Shown piece after piece: positions 8,284 to 16,855 of a stretch of DNA of 64,000 bases. Both the position numbers and the translations under genes were made by a program. The first letter of the stretch is position 1. Every line of letters begins with the position of its first letter. The stretch is from NCBI GenBank assembly GCA_964392435.1, contig CAYMOY010000001.1, positions 7,484-71,483 on the forward strand. The letters run 5' to 3'. Under the pieces are notes generated by a model. The model saw nothing but the letters and a program-made list of their open reading frames with translations. It did not search any database and had not been told where the DNA came from. The stretch is from Candidatus Micrarchaeota archaeon. Lineage in GTDB: Archaea > Micrarchaeota > Micrarchaeia > Anstonellales > Anstonellaceae.

Positions 8284-9945
8284 ATGGCAAAGAATCTAGA
8301 AGGACAACAGGTAATGGTTCTCCCCGAGGGGAGCAACCGCGTGCTTGGGCGGGACGCGCAGCGCATAAACATAGCCGTGGCTTACGCGGTTGCAAACATC
8401 GTGCGCACCACGCTTGGGCCAAAGGGCATGGACAAGATGCTGGTTTCCGAGCTTGGCGACATTGTGATAACAAACGACGGGGCGACCATCCTTGAGGAGA
8501 TGAATGTCGAGCACCCGGCGGCAAAGATAATGGTGGAAATTGCCAAGACGCAGGACAAGGAGGTCGGCGATGGCACCACCACCTCTGTCATGCTCGCAGG
8601 GATGCTTCTGAAGAAGGCGGGCGACCTTCTGGACCAGGACATACACGCCTCCACCATAGTGAAGGGCTACGACCTGGCTTCAAAGAAGACAAATGAGTTT
8701 CTGAACAAGATAGCCACCAAAGTGTCCATAAGCGACAAGGCAATCCTGGAGAAAATCGCATCCATTGCGATGGGCTCCAAGTCAATAGGCGTGGGCACCA
8801 ACAAGGATGCGCTTGCAAAGCTGGTGGTCACCGCCGTCACGCAGGTGGCGGAGCTGAAGAACGGCGCCTACTTCGTGGACGACGAGCTTGTCAAGATTGA
8901 GAAAAAGGCGGGCGGGGACATCAACGACACCGCGCTCATACAGGGTGTGCTTGTCGACAAGGAGATAGTCCACCCGGGCATGCCGAAAAACATCAAGAAC
9001 GGGAAGATTGCCCTTCTGGACTGCGCCCTTGAGATAGAGAAGACCGAAATCGACGCAAAGATAGAGATAACCTCGCCAGACCAGATGCAGGCTTTCCTTG
9101 GGCAGGAGGAAAAGATGCTTCGTGACATGGTGGACAAGATAGCGGCAACAGGGGCGAACGTGGTCTTCTGCCAAAAAGGCATTGACGATGTCGCGCAGCA
9201 CTTTTTGAACAAGAAGGGAATCTCAGCAGTGCGCCGCGTGAAGAAGTCGGACATGGAAAAGCTCGCCCGCGCTACAGGTGGCAAGATAGCCACCACGCTG
9301 GATGACCTGTCAGCAAAGGACCTCGGCTTTGCAGGCGATGTGAACGAGAAGTCAATTGCCGGCGAGAAGATGGTCTTCGTGGAAAACTGCAAGGACGCCA
9401 AGTCGGTGACAATATTCGTGCGCGCCTCCACGGACCACGTGGTCTCGGAAGGCGAGCGGGCGATAACCGACGCGATTGGCGCGGTTTCCTCGGCAATAGA
9501 GGACGGCAGGTACGTGACAGGCGGAGGCTCCACTGAAATCGAGCTTTCCATACAGCTTGGCAAGTACGCAACCGAAATCGGAGGAAGGGAGCAGCTTGCC
9601 ATACAGGCATTCGCAGAGGCGCTGGAGACAGTGCCGCGCACGCTTGCGGAAAACGCGGGCATGGACGCGATTGACGCGCTTGTCAGCTTGCGCTCCAAGC
9701 ACAAGAAGGAGGGCGGGGAGCACTTCGGCGTGGACGTTTACGGCGGGCAGGTTTCCGACATGAAGGCAATCGGGGTGTTCGAGCCACTCAAGGTGAAAAC
9801 ACAGGCAATCGCCAGCGCCTACGAGGCAGCGAAGATGCTGCTGCGCATTGACGACATGATTGCCTCCAAAGGAAAGAGCGGCGGAATGCCTCCTGGCGCA
9901 GGCGGCCCTGGCGGCATGGGCGGCGGCATGGGCGGGGACTACTAA
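8284..9945 (+). CDS. ths: Thermosome (group II chaperonin) subunit
   Basis: 553 aa; [24 protein letters not shown] motifs; C-terminal GGM repeat tail [21 protein letters not shown]. Confidence 0.92.
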   Translation: MAKNLEGQQVMVLPEGSNRVLGRDAQRINIAVAYAVANIVRTTLGPKGMDKMLVSELGDIVITNDGATILEEMNVEHPAAKIMVEIAKTQDKEVGDGTTTSVMLAGMLLKKAGDLLDQDIHASTIVKGYDLASKKTNEFLNKIATKVSISDKAILEKIASIAMGSKSIGVGTNKDALAKLVVTAVTQVAELKNGAYFVDDELVKIEKKAGGDINDTALIQGVLVDKEIVHPGMPKNIKNGKIALLDCALEIEKTEIDAKIEITSPDQMQAFLGQEEKMLRDMVDKIAATGANVVFCQKGIDDVAQHFLNKKGISAVRRVKKSDMEKLARATGGKIATTLDDLSAKDLGFAGDVNEKSIAGEKMVFVENCKDAKSVTIFVRASTDHVVSEGERAITDAIGAVSSAIEDGRYVTGGGSTEIELSIQLGKYATEIGGREQLAIQAFAEALETVPRTLAENAGMDAIDALVSLRSKHKKEGGEHFGVDVYGGQVSDMKAIGVFEPLKVKTQAIASAYEAAKMLLRIDDMIASKGKSGGMPPGAGGPGGMGGGMGGDY

Positions 9946-9962
9946 GGCTTTTTTCTTTTTTT
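9920..9962 (+). repeat. Direct repeat copy 1 (thermosome 3' end + T-rich terminator), matches 11321-11362
   Basis: gcggcggcatgggcggggactactaaggcttttttcttttt identical 42 nt at both sites. Confidence 0.8.
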
Positions 9963-10147
9963 ATTTTCTTTTTTTCCCGGGCTTTTTCACATCAAGCCCG
10001 GAATCCGTTTTTTGCAAATCCCTTCTGCTTTTCCGAAAGGTTTTCAAGTGCGGCTTGTCCAAACTGCCGGCAAACCATCGCCCAATCCCATCAATCATCA
10101 AGCCGGATTTTAAAAATGAGATAATTTATTGCAGTCGTTAGTGTTTT

Positions 10148-10176
10148 TACTAGATTAAATATATTCAAATCTAGTA
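10148..10176 (+). promoter_or_regulatory. Perfect 9-bp inverted repeat TACTAGATT-N11-AATCTAGTA embracing a TATA-like box upstream of the NTase gene
   Basis: tactagattaaatatattcaaatctagta, ~40 bp upstream of 10215 start. Confidence 0.35.
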
Positions 10177-10214
10177 ATAACAAGCTTTATATGTTTTCAG
10201 GCTAAAGCAATACC

Positions 10215-10805
10215 ATGGACAATGCATTCGGCAGAAAATACAAGCGGGTGCTGGAGATACTCCCAGATGTTGCGGAGTGCGCAGGGGAAAAACTGATCCT
10301 GGTGGGCGGGACCGCCCTTGCCCTCTTCCATTTGAAACATCGCGTCAGCGTAGATTTGGATTTCGTGCCTGCCGGCGGCAACGACATCAGGCTAAAGGAA
10401 GAGCTCAAAGGCTGTATGTCAAAGAGAGGCTACCGGACCTCTCCTGGGCGCTTCAAAAACCAGTTCGTGGTGCAGTTTGAGGACACCAGCATAAAAGTGG
10501 AGATTTTCATCCCAGACAGGAAAATCAAGCGCGTCGAAGAGCACGAATTTTGCGCCAGAAAGATACGGGTGGCTTCCTGCGAGGACATTTTTCAGATGAA
10601 AATTGCCGCCTATAAGGACAGGAGAGAGGCGCGCGACCTGTTTGACATATTCTGCATACTTCAGGCCCGCGGGCGGGATTTTGGCATGGTGAAGAAACTA
10701 TTATCCGGCGGCATGCCGAAAAATATCGGCGACCTGGAGATTATGGCGCTTAACCGGTCTGATGCGACTGGATTGCGGAAGGTGATTCTTGATGCTTCTT
10801 CCTAA
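10215..10805 (+). CDS. Nucleotidyltransferase-fold protein (AbiEii/DUF1814- or MNT-like toxin/antitoxin-type NTase)
   Basis: Pol-beta NTase motif LILVGGTALALFHLKHRVSVDLDF (hG[GS]...DxD). Confidence 0.55.
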   Translation: MDNAFGRKYKRVLEILPDVAECAGEKLILVGGTALALFHLKHRVSVDLDFVPAGGNDIRLKEELKGCMSKRGYRTSPGRFKNQFVVQFEDTSIKVEIFIPDRKIKRVEEHEFCARKIRVASCEDIFQMKIAAYKDRREARDLFDIFCILQARGRDFGMVKKLLSGGMPKNIGDLEIMALNRSDATGLRKVILDASS

Positions 10806-11346
10806 GCAGGCAATCAGTTTCCGGTCTCTTTTCGCCCAGGGCTTTGCCAAAACAGAAATCTCATCAATGTCCGCTTCTCTCAAGCTGTTTCCCTCCCCTT
10901 TCAAGGGGATTTATTATGTGCCTTTGGAGGAGGAAAGGAAAGGCGGGTTCATCGAAAAGCCGCTTGCGGCGCTATCCCAGGCAATTCGCATTTTCCTGGG
11001 AAATAGCAATTTTTATTTCAGCTGCCAGACCGCTGAGGAGGCGCTCGGATTTGACTGGCAGCCCTCGGGCAGCGTGCATGTGGTCAATGAGAGGCTTTCC
11101 AGGCGGATAAACCTGAACCGAAGGATTGAGGCAAACCGTGCAAAAGGCAGCTGGCGCTCAAGGAAAATTGCGAAGCTGCTTTCATTTTACGGGACCGAGA
11201 TAGTGTTCCATCGCGGCAGCATTGAACGCGCCAGGACAAAACAGATGCCTTACGGGCAATTCGCGCGCCTGTCGCAAATAAAAAAAGACAGGAAAAGGTT
11301 CAGGGAAATCAAGGGAAACAGCGGCGGCATGGGCGGGGACTACTAA
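10789..11346 (+). CDS. Hypothetical partner protein of the NTase; C-terminal residues NSGGMGGDY are encoded by the duplicated thermosome tail
   Basis: Overlaps upstream gene by 17 nt; ORF terminates with the same stop codon context as ths. Confidence 0.4.
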   Translation: MMLLPKQAISFRSLFAQGFAKTEISSMSASLKLFPSPFKGIYYVPLEEERKGGFIEKPLAALSQAIRIFLGNSNFYFSCQTAEEALGFDWQPSGSVHVVNERLSRRINLNRRIEANRAKGSWRSRKIAKLLSFYGTEIVFHRGSIERARTKQMPYGQFARLSQIKKDRKRFREIKGNSGGMGGDY

Positions 11347-11362
11347 GGCTTTTTTCTTTTTT
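11321..11362 (+). repeat. Direct repeat copy 2 (duplicate of thermosome 3' end), right boundary of inserted cassette
   Basis: Identical to 9920-9961. Confidence 0.8.
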
Positions 11363-11420
11363 ACTTTTTTTGTTTCTTCCTTTTCTTTCTATAGTGCTTG
11401 TCATGCGCTTTTCCATGCAC

Positions 11421-12449
11421 TCACTTCTCATCCGGCGCACACAGCCTTTCCGATATTTTCTTTCCTGAAGGAAGGTATTTTGAGAGGCTATGCGGCAGCT
11501 GCGCGGTCATCCTATAAGTGGAAACACCGATTGGTTTTTTTACCTCTTTCAGCGCATACTCCACAATCGTCCTGTCCTTGCTCTTGCAGATGATTATTCC
11601 AATCGAAGGCTTTTCGCCCCCCATTCTCACCTTGTCATCAAGCACCGAGAGATAGAATTGCATCTTTCCCGCGTACTCAGGCATGAACTCCCCGACTTTT
11701 AACTCTATTGCCACGAGGCATTTCAACTTCCTGTGGTAAAGCAGCAGGTCAACAAAAAACTCGCTGCCGCCGACTTCAAGCCGGAACTGGTTCCCAATAT
11801 AGCAGAAACTGCCGCCCATTTCCACAAGAAAGCTTCTCACCCGTTTCATGAGCGCGCCTTTCAGTTCTTTTTCAGAATGCTCCCCTCCCAGCTCAAGAAA
11901 ATCAAACGTGTACTCATCTTTGACTGCCAGCTTTGCCTGCCCTTTGTACCTGGCTGGCAAGGCTTTATCGAAATTAGTCTGGTTTGTGAGATATTTCTCA
12001 TACGACCTATTCTCAATCTGGTGGATAAGCACGCTTTTCGTCCAGCCAAACTTCCGGATCATTTTGATATAGAACTCCCTTTCAAGGTCGTTTTTGCACT
12101 TCTCCATGACAACTAGGTTCTTAGCCCAGCTGATTTCTCGCACCAATGGTGCGAGTTTTGCATTTTTGCAGTAGCTTTGGTAGAAATTCCGCATTCTCCA
12201 AAGACTGGCGGGGGAAAAGCCATGCACACCGGGATACTCCTTCTGCAGATCAAACGCAAGCCTTTCTACAATCGCCTTGCCCCAGCTGAACTTTTCCTGC
12301 TTCTCGGCTATTTCCCTGCCGATGTCCCAGTAAAGATTAACGAGCTCCTTATTGACTGCCTTCAGCGCGGAATACTGCGCCTCCCGTATCCTGTTCTTAA
12401 TCTCAATTACAAAATCCCTGTAGCCAGATTCCTTTACGAGCGCACTCAT
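11421..12449 (-). CDS. PDDEXK-nuclease family protein (DUF1016/YhcG-like)
   Basis: N-terminal ...AVNKELVNLYWDIGREI... and C-terminal LVAIELKVGEFMPEYAGKMQFYLSVLD match DUF1016; start at internal Met (12449) of ORF 11421..12500. Confidence 0.6.
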   Translation of the reverse strand: MSALVKESGYRDFVIEIKNRIREAQYSALKAVNKELVNLYWDIGREIAEKQEKFSWGKAIVERLAFDLQKEYPGVHGFSPASLWRMRNFYQSYCKNAKLAPLVREISWAKNLVVMEKCKNDLEREFYIKMIRKFGWTKSVLIHQIENRSYEKYLTNQTNFDKALPARYKGQAKLAVKDEYTFDFLELGGEHSEKELKGALMKRVRSFLVEMGGSFCYIGNQFRLEVGGSEFFVDLLLYHRKLKCLVAIELKVGEFMPEYAGKMQFYLSVLDDKVRMGGEKPSIGIIICKSKDRTIVEYALKEVKKPIGVSTYRMTAQLPHSLSKYLPSGKKISERLCAPDEK

Positions 12450-12524
12450 TTCAACCACATCGCGCAAATGTGGGCAGTTCCACGCATTAAAAACATTCAC
12501 AGGGTAGCATGCCAGTAGTTTTTC

Positions 12525-13409
12525 TCACTTCCTTTCCCATCCCCTTGCCATCTCCTTTTCCAGGAATCTCACCAGGGGCGCCACCCCGCGATTGGTCTCG
12601 TAAGCGTGAAGCGCAGAATAGTAGGCGTGCCTTTTCCGGTAAAAGATGACCACGGGCGGCAGGCCGTTTTTCAGCAGTATGTTGTTCATCAGCAGCCTTC
12701 CCACCCTGCTCGTGCCTTCACGGAAAGGGCGGATGTTCTCGAACTGGCAATGCACCAGTGCGGCAAGCACCAGCGGATGGCGCCTTTCCCTGTTGTTATT
12801 ATACCATTCCGCCAGCCCAAAAAGCAAGCCCTTCACCTGGCTCCAGGGGGCGCCCCTGTGCACAATCTCGCCCTGCCGGTTCCTTACCACCAAGTCGACG
12901 CGCCTCAGTTTCCCTGCAAACGGCTCGGAATTCCTGAAAGCCGCCTTGTGCAGCTCCAGCATCAAAGGAACGGACAGGTGCGTTTTTGTCTCAGCCAGCA
13001 TCCTTGTTGCTCTTGCAACCCCGTAGGTTTCGGCAATGTCCTCCTTTGGCTTGTCGGGCCAGAGGTTGTTCTTCAATATCTCGCCTGCCTCCCTCCGGGT
13101 AATGCTTGAGCCTTCGATGGCATTGCTGTTGTAGGTGAAATCCACCACAAATTCCTCCCACTTCTTTTTTCCCACCCTTGCCCTCATTGCCCTTGCCTCC
13201 ACGCTGCCAAATGCGATTTCCCACTGCCCCATCAGCTTTTCCCTGCCCTCAAGCTGCTTTCTGGCAGCCTCGTGTTTGAGCACCAGCTCCTCCCTTCCCA
13301 AATTGGTGCCCAGGTAAACCCTGTCTTTCCTCACCTTCTGCCCCTGCCGGTACGAGCGGGTCAGGTAGAATTTCCTCATTTTCCTTTTTCCCCTTGCCTC
13401 AATGTACAT
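12525..13409 (-). CDS. Fic/DOC family protein with degenerate active-site motif (RPFREGTSRVGR instead of HPFx[DE]GNGRxxR)
   Basis: FTYNSNAIEGSSIT N-terminal Fic motif; core motif has His->Arg and GNG->GTS; TATA-like TTAATAAAT ~25 bp upstream of ATG 13409. Confidence 0.65.
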   Translation of the reverse strand: MYIEARGKRKMRKFYLTRSYRQGQKVRKDRVYLGTNLGREELVLKHEAARKQLEGREKLMGQWEIAFGSVEARAMRARVGKKKWEEFVVDFTYNSNAIEGSSITRREAGEILKNNLWPDKPKEDIAETYGVARATRMLAETKTHLSVPLMLELHKAAFRNSEPFAGKLRRVDLVVRNRQGEIVHRGAPWSQVKGLLFGLAEWYNNNRERRHPLVLAALVHCQFENIRPFREGTSRVGRLLMNNILLKNGLPPVVIFYRKRHAYYSALHAYETNRGVAPLVRFLEKEMARGWERK

Positions 13410-13735
13410 GCACCATCTTGGGTGCCTACAATTTATTAATGCTTTCCAAAAGGTGACCACAAAACAGGCAAATCTTCCTCTGCTCCCCCCTTTTTTCCCA
13501 TCTGCCCCCGCCGCAAGAAAGCGCATCCGGCCCTTCCAAAAGCTGAACCGGCGCATCCTTGGCTCTTTGCGCGCGCAAGGGGGGCGAAGAAATGCTTAAA
13601 AACATTACTTTCGAAGCGTCTGAACGTGGAAGGCAGAATACAGGGCAGTTCAGACTTTTCCAGATGCGAGCACGAGCCCAGCCCCCACAAGGCAATAATT
13701 TTCAGCCAGCGTCAGTACTAATCGAGGTGAGCCAT

Positions 13736-16700
13736 ATGGTGTCCCAAAACACAAAGCAAACGTCCGCGCGCATCTTTTCCGCGATTCTATTCGTAGCGCT
13801 TTTCGCCGGGACGGTTGCTGCCGCGTCAAGTGTAACATCGGTTTCAGCAACTACTGCAAACGGTTCCTATAAGGCCGGTTCCTTCATAAATATAACAGTA
13901 ACATTCAACGAATCGACCTATTATATCGGCGGTATTGGAAATCCCTATTTGCTTTTGAATGTGACTACTGGTGGAAGAAATGTGTCCATATTCTCTCCAG
14001 CTCCTGGAATGGGCTCATTGATATTTAACTTCAACTATACAGTTCAGGAAGGCGACACTTCTGCAGTTTTAGACTATATGAACAATGCATCTCTCACCGG
14101 TAGCATTAAGACCATGGAGGACTCTTCGTCATCCATCTTGACTCTTCCAAATCCTGGTGCGGCAGGTTCGCTTGGCGCGAACAAGAATATTACAATCGAC
14201 ACGTCCATCCCAGGAATCACATCAATCAGCACCAACACAACCGACGGCTCTTACAAGGCAGGGACCAAAATCTACCTGTTCGTTGTCTACAACGACTCTG
14301 TAACAGTGTCAGGCGGAACGCCGACAATCGACCTTAACTCAGCAGGAACTGCCCAGTATGTGGGCGGCTCAGGCTCCACCAACCTCTCCTTCCTATACAC
14401 TGTCGCTGCAGGCGAGAACTCTGCAGGGCTGGTCTACAACACGACAACTTCTCTTAACCTCAACGGCGCCACAATCAGGGACGCTGCAGGCAACGACGCG
14501 GTCGAAACCCTGCCAGCAACCGCGACATTCACAGGGGCACACGCAATTGTCATCGACACCATACCCCCGGTAATCACCGGCCTTGCGCTTTCCCCAAGCA
14601 GCGGCTACGCCAAGATAGGTGATGTAATCCACCTGGCGATAACAGCTGACGCGGCAGGCTACACCAACACATCAATAACGGTCAACGGCATCCCGGCAGA
14701 GGATTTCGAGGACCTGACCGGCGGCGCCTACGGAGTTAACTACACAATCGCAACCGGCCACAGCGACAGGGCAGCAGGGTTAGTCCCTGCAAGCGTCACC
14801 CTGTCCGACGCCGCTGGCAACTCAGTGACGTATTCCACAGTGGGTGCGAACACACTTGAAATAATCGCAAATGCGCCAATAGTCTCCTCAAACGCAATTG
14901 TCACTCCCGCGGGCTCCTACAAGGCTGCGGATGTTTTGAGCTTCTCGGTAACCTACAACAAGACAGTGGTGGTGACCGGCACGCCCAGAATAAAGCTCAA
15001 TGTTGTGGGAGCTGCCACCAGGTATGCGAATTTTGTCTCAGGCAACGATTCGGCCATTCTGGTGTTCAATTACACGGTGGTTGACGGAGACAACTCGGCT
15101 GACCTTGGGGCTGAGGACACAAGCTCGCTTGATCTGAACAGCGGCACAATAAAGGACCTGGCCGGCAACAACGCGGTCAACACGCTTGATGACGACTTCA
15201 CAGGAAGCAGCGTGGTAGTTGACACGTCCATCCCTGGAATAACGTCAATCAGCACCAACACAACCGACGGCTCTTACAAGGCAGGGACCAAAATCTACCT
15301 GTTCGTTGTCTACAACGACTCTGTAACAGTGTCAGGCGGAACGCCGACAATCGACCTTAACTCAGCAGGAACTGCCCAGTATGTGGGCGGCTCAGGCTCC
15401 ACCAACCTCTCCTTCCTATACACTGTCGCTGCAGGCGAGAACTCTGCAGGGCTGGTCTACAACACGACAACTTCTCTTAACCTCAACGGCGCCACAATCA
15501 GGGACGCTGCAGGCAACGACGCGGTCGAAACCCTGCCAGCAACCGCGACATTCACAGGGGCACACGCAATTGTCATCGACACCATACCCCCGGTAATCAC
15601 CGGCCTTGCGCTTTCCCCAAGCAGCGGCTACGCCAAGATAGGTGATGTAATCCACCTGGCGATAACAGCTGACGCGGCAGGCTACACCAACACATCAATA
15701 ACGGTCAACGGCATCCCGGCAGAGGATTTCGAGGACCTGACCGGCGGCGCCTACGGAGTTAACTACACAATCGCAACCGGCCACAGCGACAGGGCAGCAG
15801 GGTTAGTCCCTGCAAGCGTCACCCTGTCCGACGCCGCTGGCAACTCAGTGACGTATTCCACAGTGGGTGCGAACACACTTGAAATAATCGCACATCTGCC
15901 TGTGGTTTCTTCAGTTAGCTCGGATGGTCGGACATTCAATACTGGGGGCAGTTCAACCTCTATAATAACAGTTACTTTCAACAAGAGCATGAGTGTTGCC
16001 CCCTCAATATCTGTCAACAGCTTAAGTTTAACAGTGAATGACTGTGGCGACTCGAATGCAACGACTTTCTGCATTGCCTACCAAATACCGAGCTCATACG
16101 CAGGCAGTATGACTATACAGATTTCCGGGGCAAAGGACCTGGCAGGAAACACGATGGCGGCGGACAACTCGCACACTTTCGATGTTGACACCGTCCTGCC
16201 CACAGTGACCGCATCCTCGCCGCAGGGAGGCACTTCCGCATCCTCGCCCATTACAATTAACGTGACCACCAGCATAGCGGCATACTGCAAGTATGACACG
16301 CAGGACCGGTCGTATGCCACAATGGCATACAACTTCAGCAACGGGCAGGGAACAACCGCGCACACAAGCAGCGTGGCACTCGCCTCGCAGGGGCTCAACA
16401 ACATCTACGTGGCTTGCGCGAGCATGAACGGAAGCGCAATGACCTCATCTGTGAGGCTGTACACCACATATGACACCACCAGCAACTTCAACTACACCAA
16501 GCAGCTCAACCTTGGGTGGAACGACATGCCTCTGCCCAGAGTGGTTCTGGAGGACCTCGACTCGTTCTCTGACGGGAACTACAGCGTGGTGAACGTGCTT
16601 GAGACAAAGGGCGGGATAGGCGGCAGCTACGACTACCTGTACTACCGCAACGGCACCTCCTGCTCGTCGCAGAACGGGAGCTGCTGGCTGTTCTACGACC

Positions 16701-16798
16701 CGTCACTTGTGACTGGCACCCTGTCTGAGTTCAACGACTGGGACAACCTGCCATACTGGATACACATGAACGCCAGCGACAGGCTGGAGCTCAACTAG
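13736..16798 (+). CDS. Large secreted surface (S-layer-like) glycoprotein with repeated Ig-like domains and internal perfect DNA repeats
   Basis: SD GAGGTGA then MVSQNTKQTSARIFSAILFVALFAGTVAAA signal; >60 N-x-S/T sequons; repeated ~110-aa SYKAG...LNGATIRDAAGNDAVETL modules. Confidence 0.75.
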   Translation: MVSQNTKQTSARIFSAILFVALFAGTVAAASSVTSVSATTANGSYKAGSFINITVTFNESTYYIGGIGNPYLLLNVTTGGRNVSIFSPAPGMGSLIFNFNYTVQEGDTSAVLDYMNNASLTGSIKTMEDSSSSILTLPNPGAAGSLGANKNITIDTSIPGITSISTNTTDGSYKAGTKIYLFVVYNDSVTVSGGTPTIDLNSAGTAQYVGGSGSTNLSFLYTVAAGENSAGLVYNTTTSLNLNGATIRDAAGNDAVETLPATATFTGAHAIVIDTIPPVITGLALSPSSGYAKIGDVIHLAITADAAGYTNTSITVNGIPAEDFEDLTGGAYGVNYTIATGHSDRAAGLVPASVTLSDAAGNSVTYSTVGANTLEIIANAPIVSSNAIVTPAGSYKAADVLSFSVTYNKTVVVTGTPRIKLNVVGAATRYANFVSGNDSAILVFNYTVVDGDNSADLGAEDTSSLDLNSGTIKDLAGNNAVNTLDDDFTGSSVVVDTSIPGITSISTNTTDGSYKAGTKIYLFVVYNDSVTVSGGTPTIDLNSAGTAQYVGGSGSTNLSFLYTVAAGENSAGLVYNTTTSLNLNGATIRDAAGNDAVETLPATATFTGAHAIVIDTIPPVITGLALSPSSGYAKIGDVIHLAITADAAGYTNTSITVNGIPAEDFEDLTGGAYGVNYTIATGHSDRAAGLVPASVTLSDAAGNSVTYSTVGANTLEIIAHLPVVSSVSSDGRTFNTGGSSTSIITVTFNKSMSVAPSISVNSLSLTVNDCGDSNATTFCIAYQIPSSYAGSMTIQISGAKDLAGNTMAADNSHTFDVDTVLPTVTASSPQGGTSASSPITINVTTSIAAYCKYDTQDRSYATMAYNFSNGQGTTAHTSSVALASQGLNNIYVACASMNGSAMTSSVRLYTTYDTTSNFNYTKQLNLGWNDMPLPRVVLEDLDSFSDGNYSVVNVLETKGGIGGSYDYLYYRNGTSCSSQNGSCWLFYDPSLVTGTLSEFNDWDNLPYWIHMNASDRLELN
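14222..14869 (+). repeat. 648-bp perfect direct repeat, copy 1 (inside surface protein gene)
   Basis: Identical to 15245-15892 (offset 1023 bp); ORF track shows identical spurious ORFs 14358..14573 and 15381..15596. Confidence 0.9.
15245..15892 (+). repeat. 648-bp perfect direct repeat, copy 2
   Basis: See copy 1; flanking 25 nt nearly identical with 3 mismatches. Confidence 0.9.
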
Positions 16799-16855
16799 CC
16801 CCCATTTTTTATTTTTTTCATTTTTTTGTTTTTCAAGCTTTAAACGAGGTGTACT

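Noticed and set aside
14358-15596. Identical 71-aa ORFs 14358..14573 and 15381..15596 (and antisense 79-aa ORFs)
   Set aside because: Off-frame artefacts of the perfect 648-bp repeat inside the large surface-protein gene.
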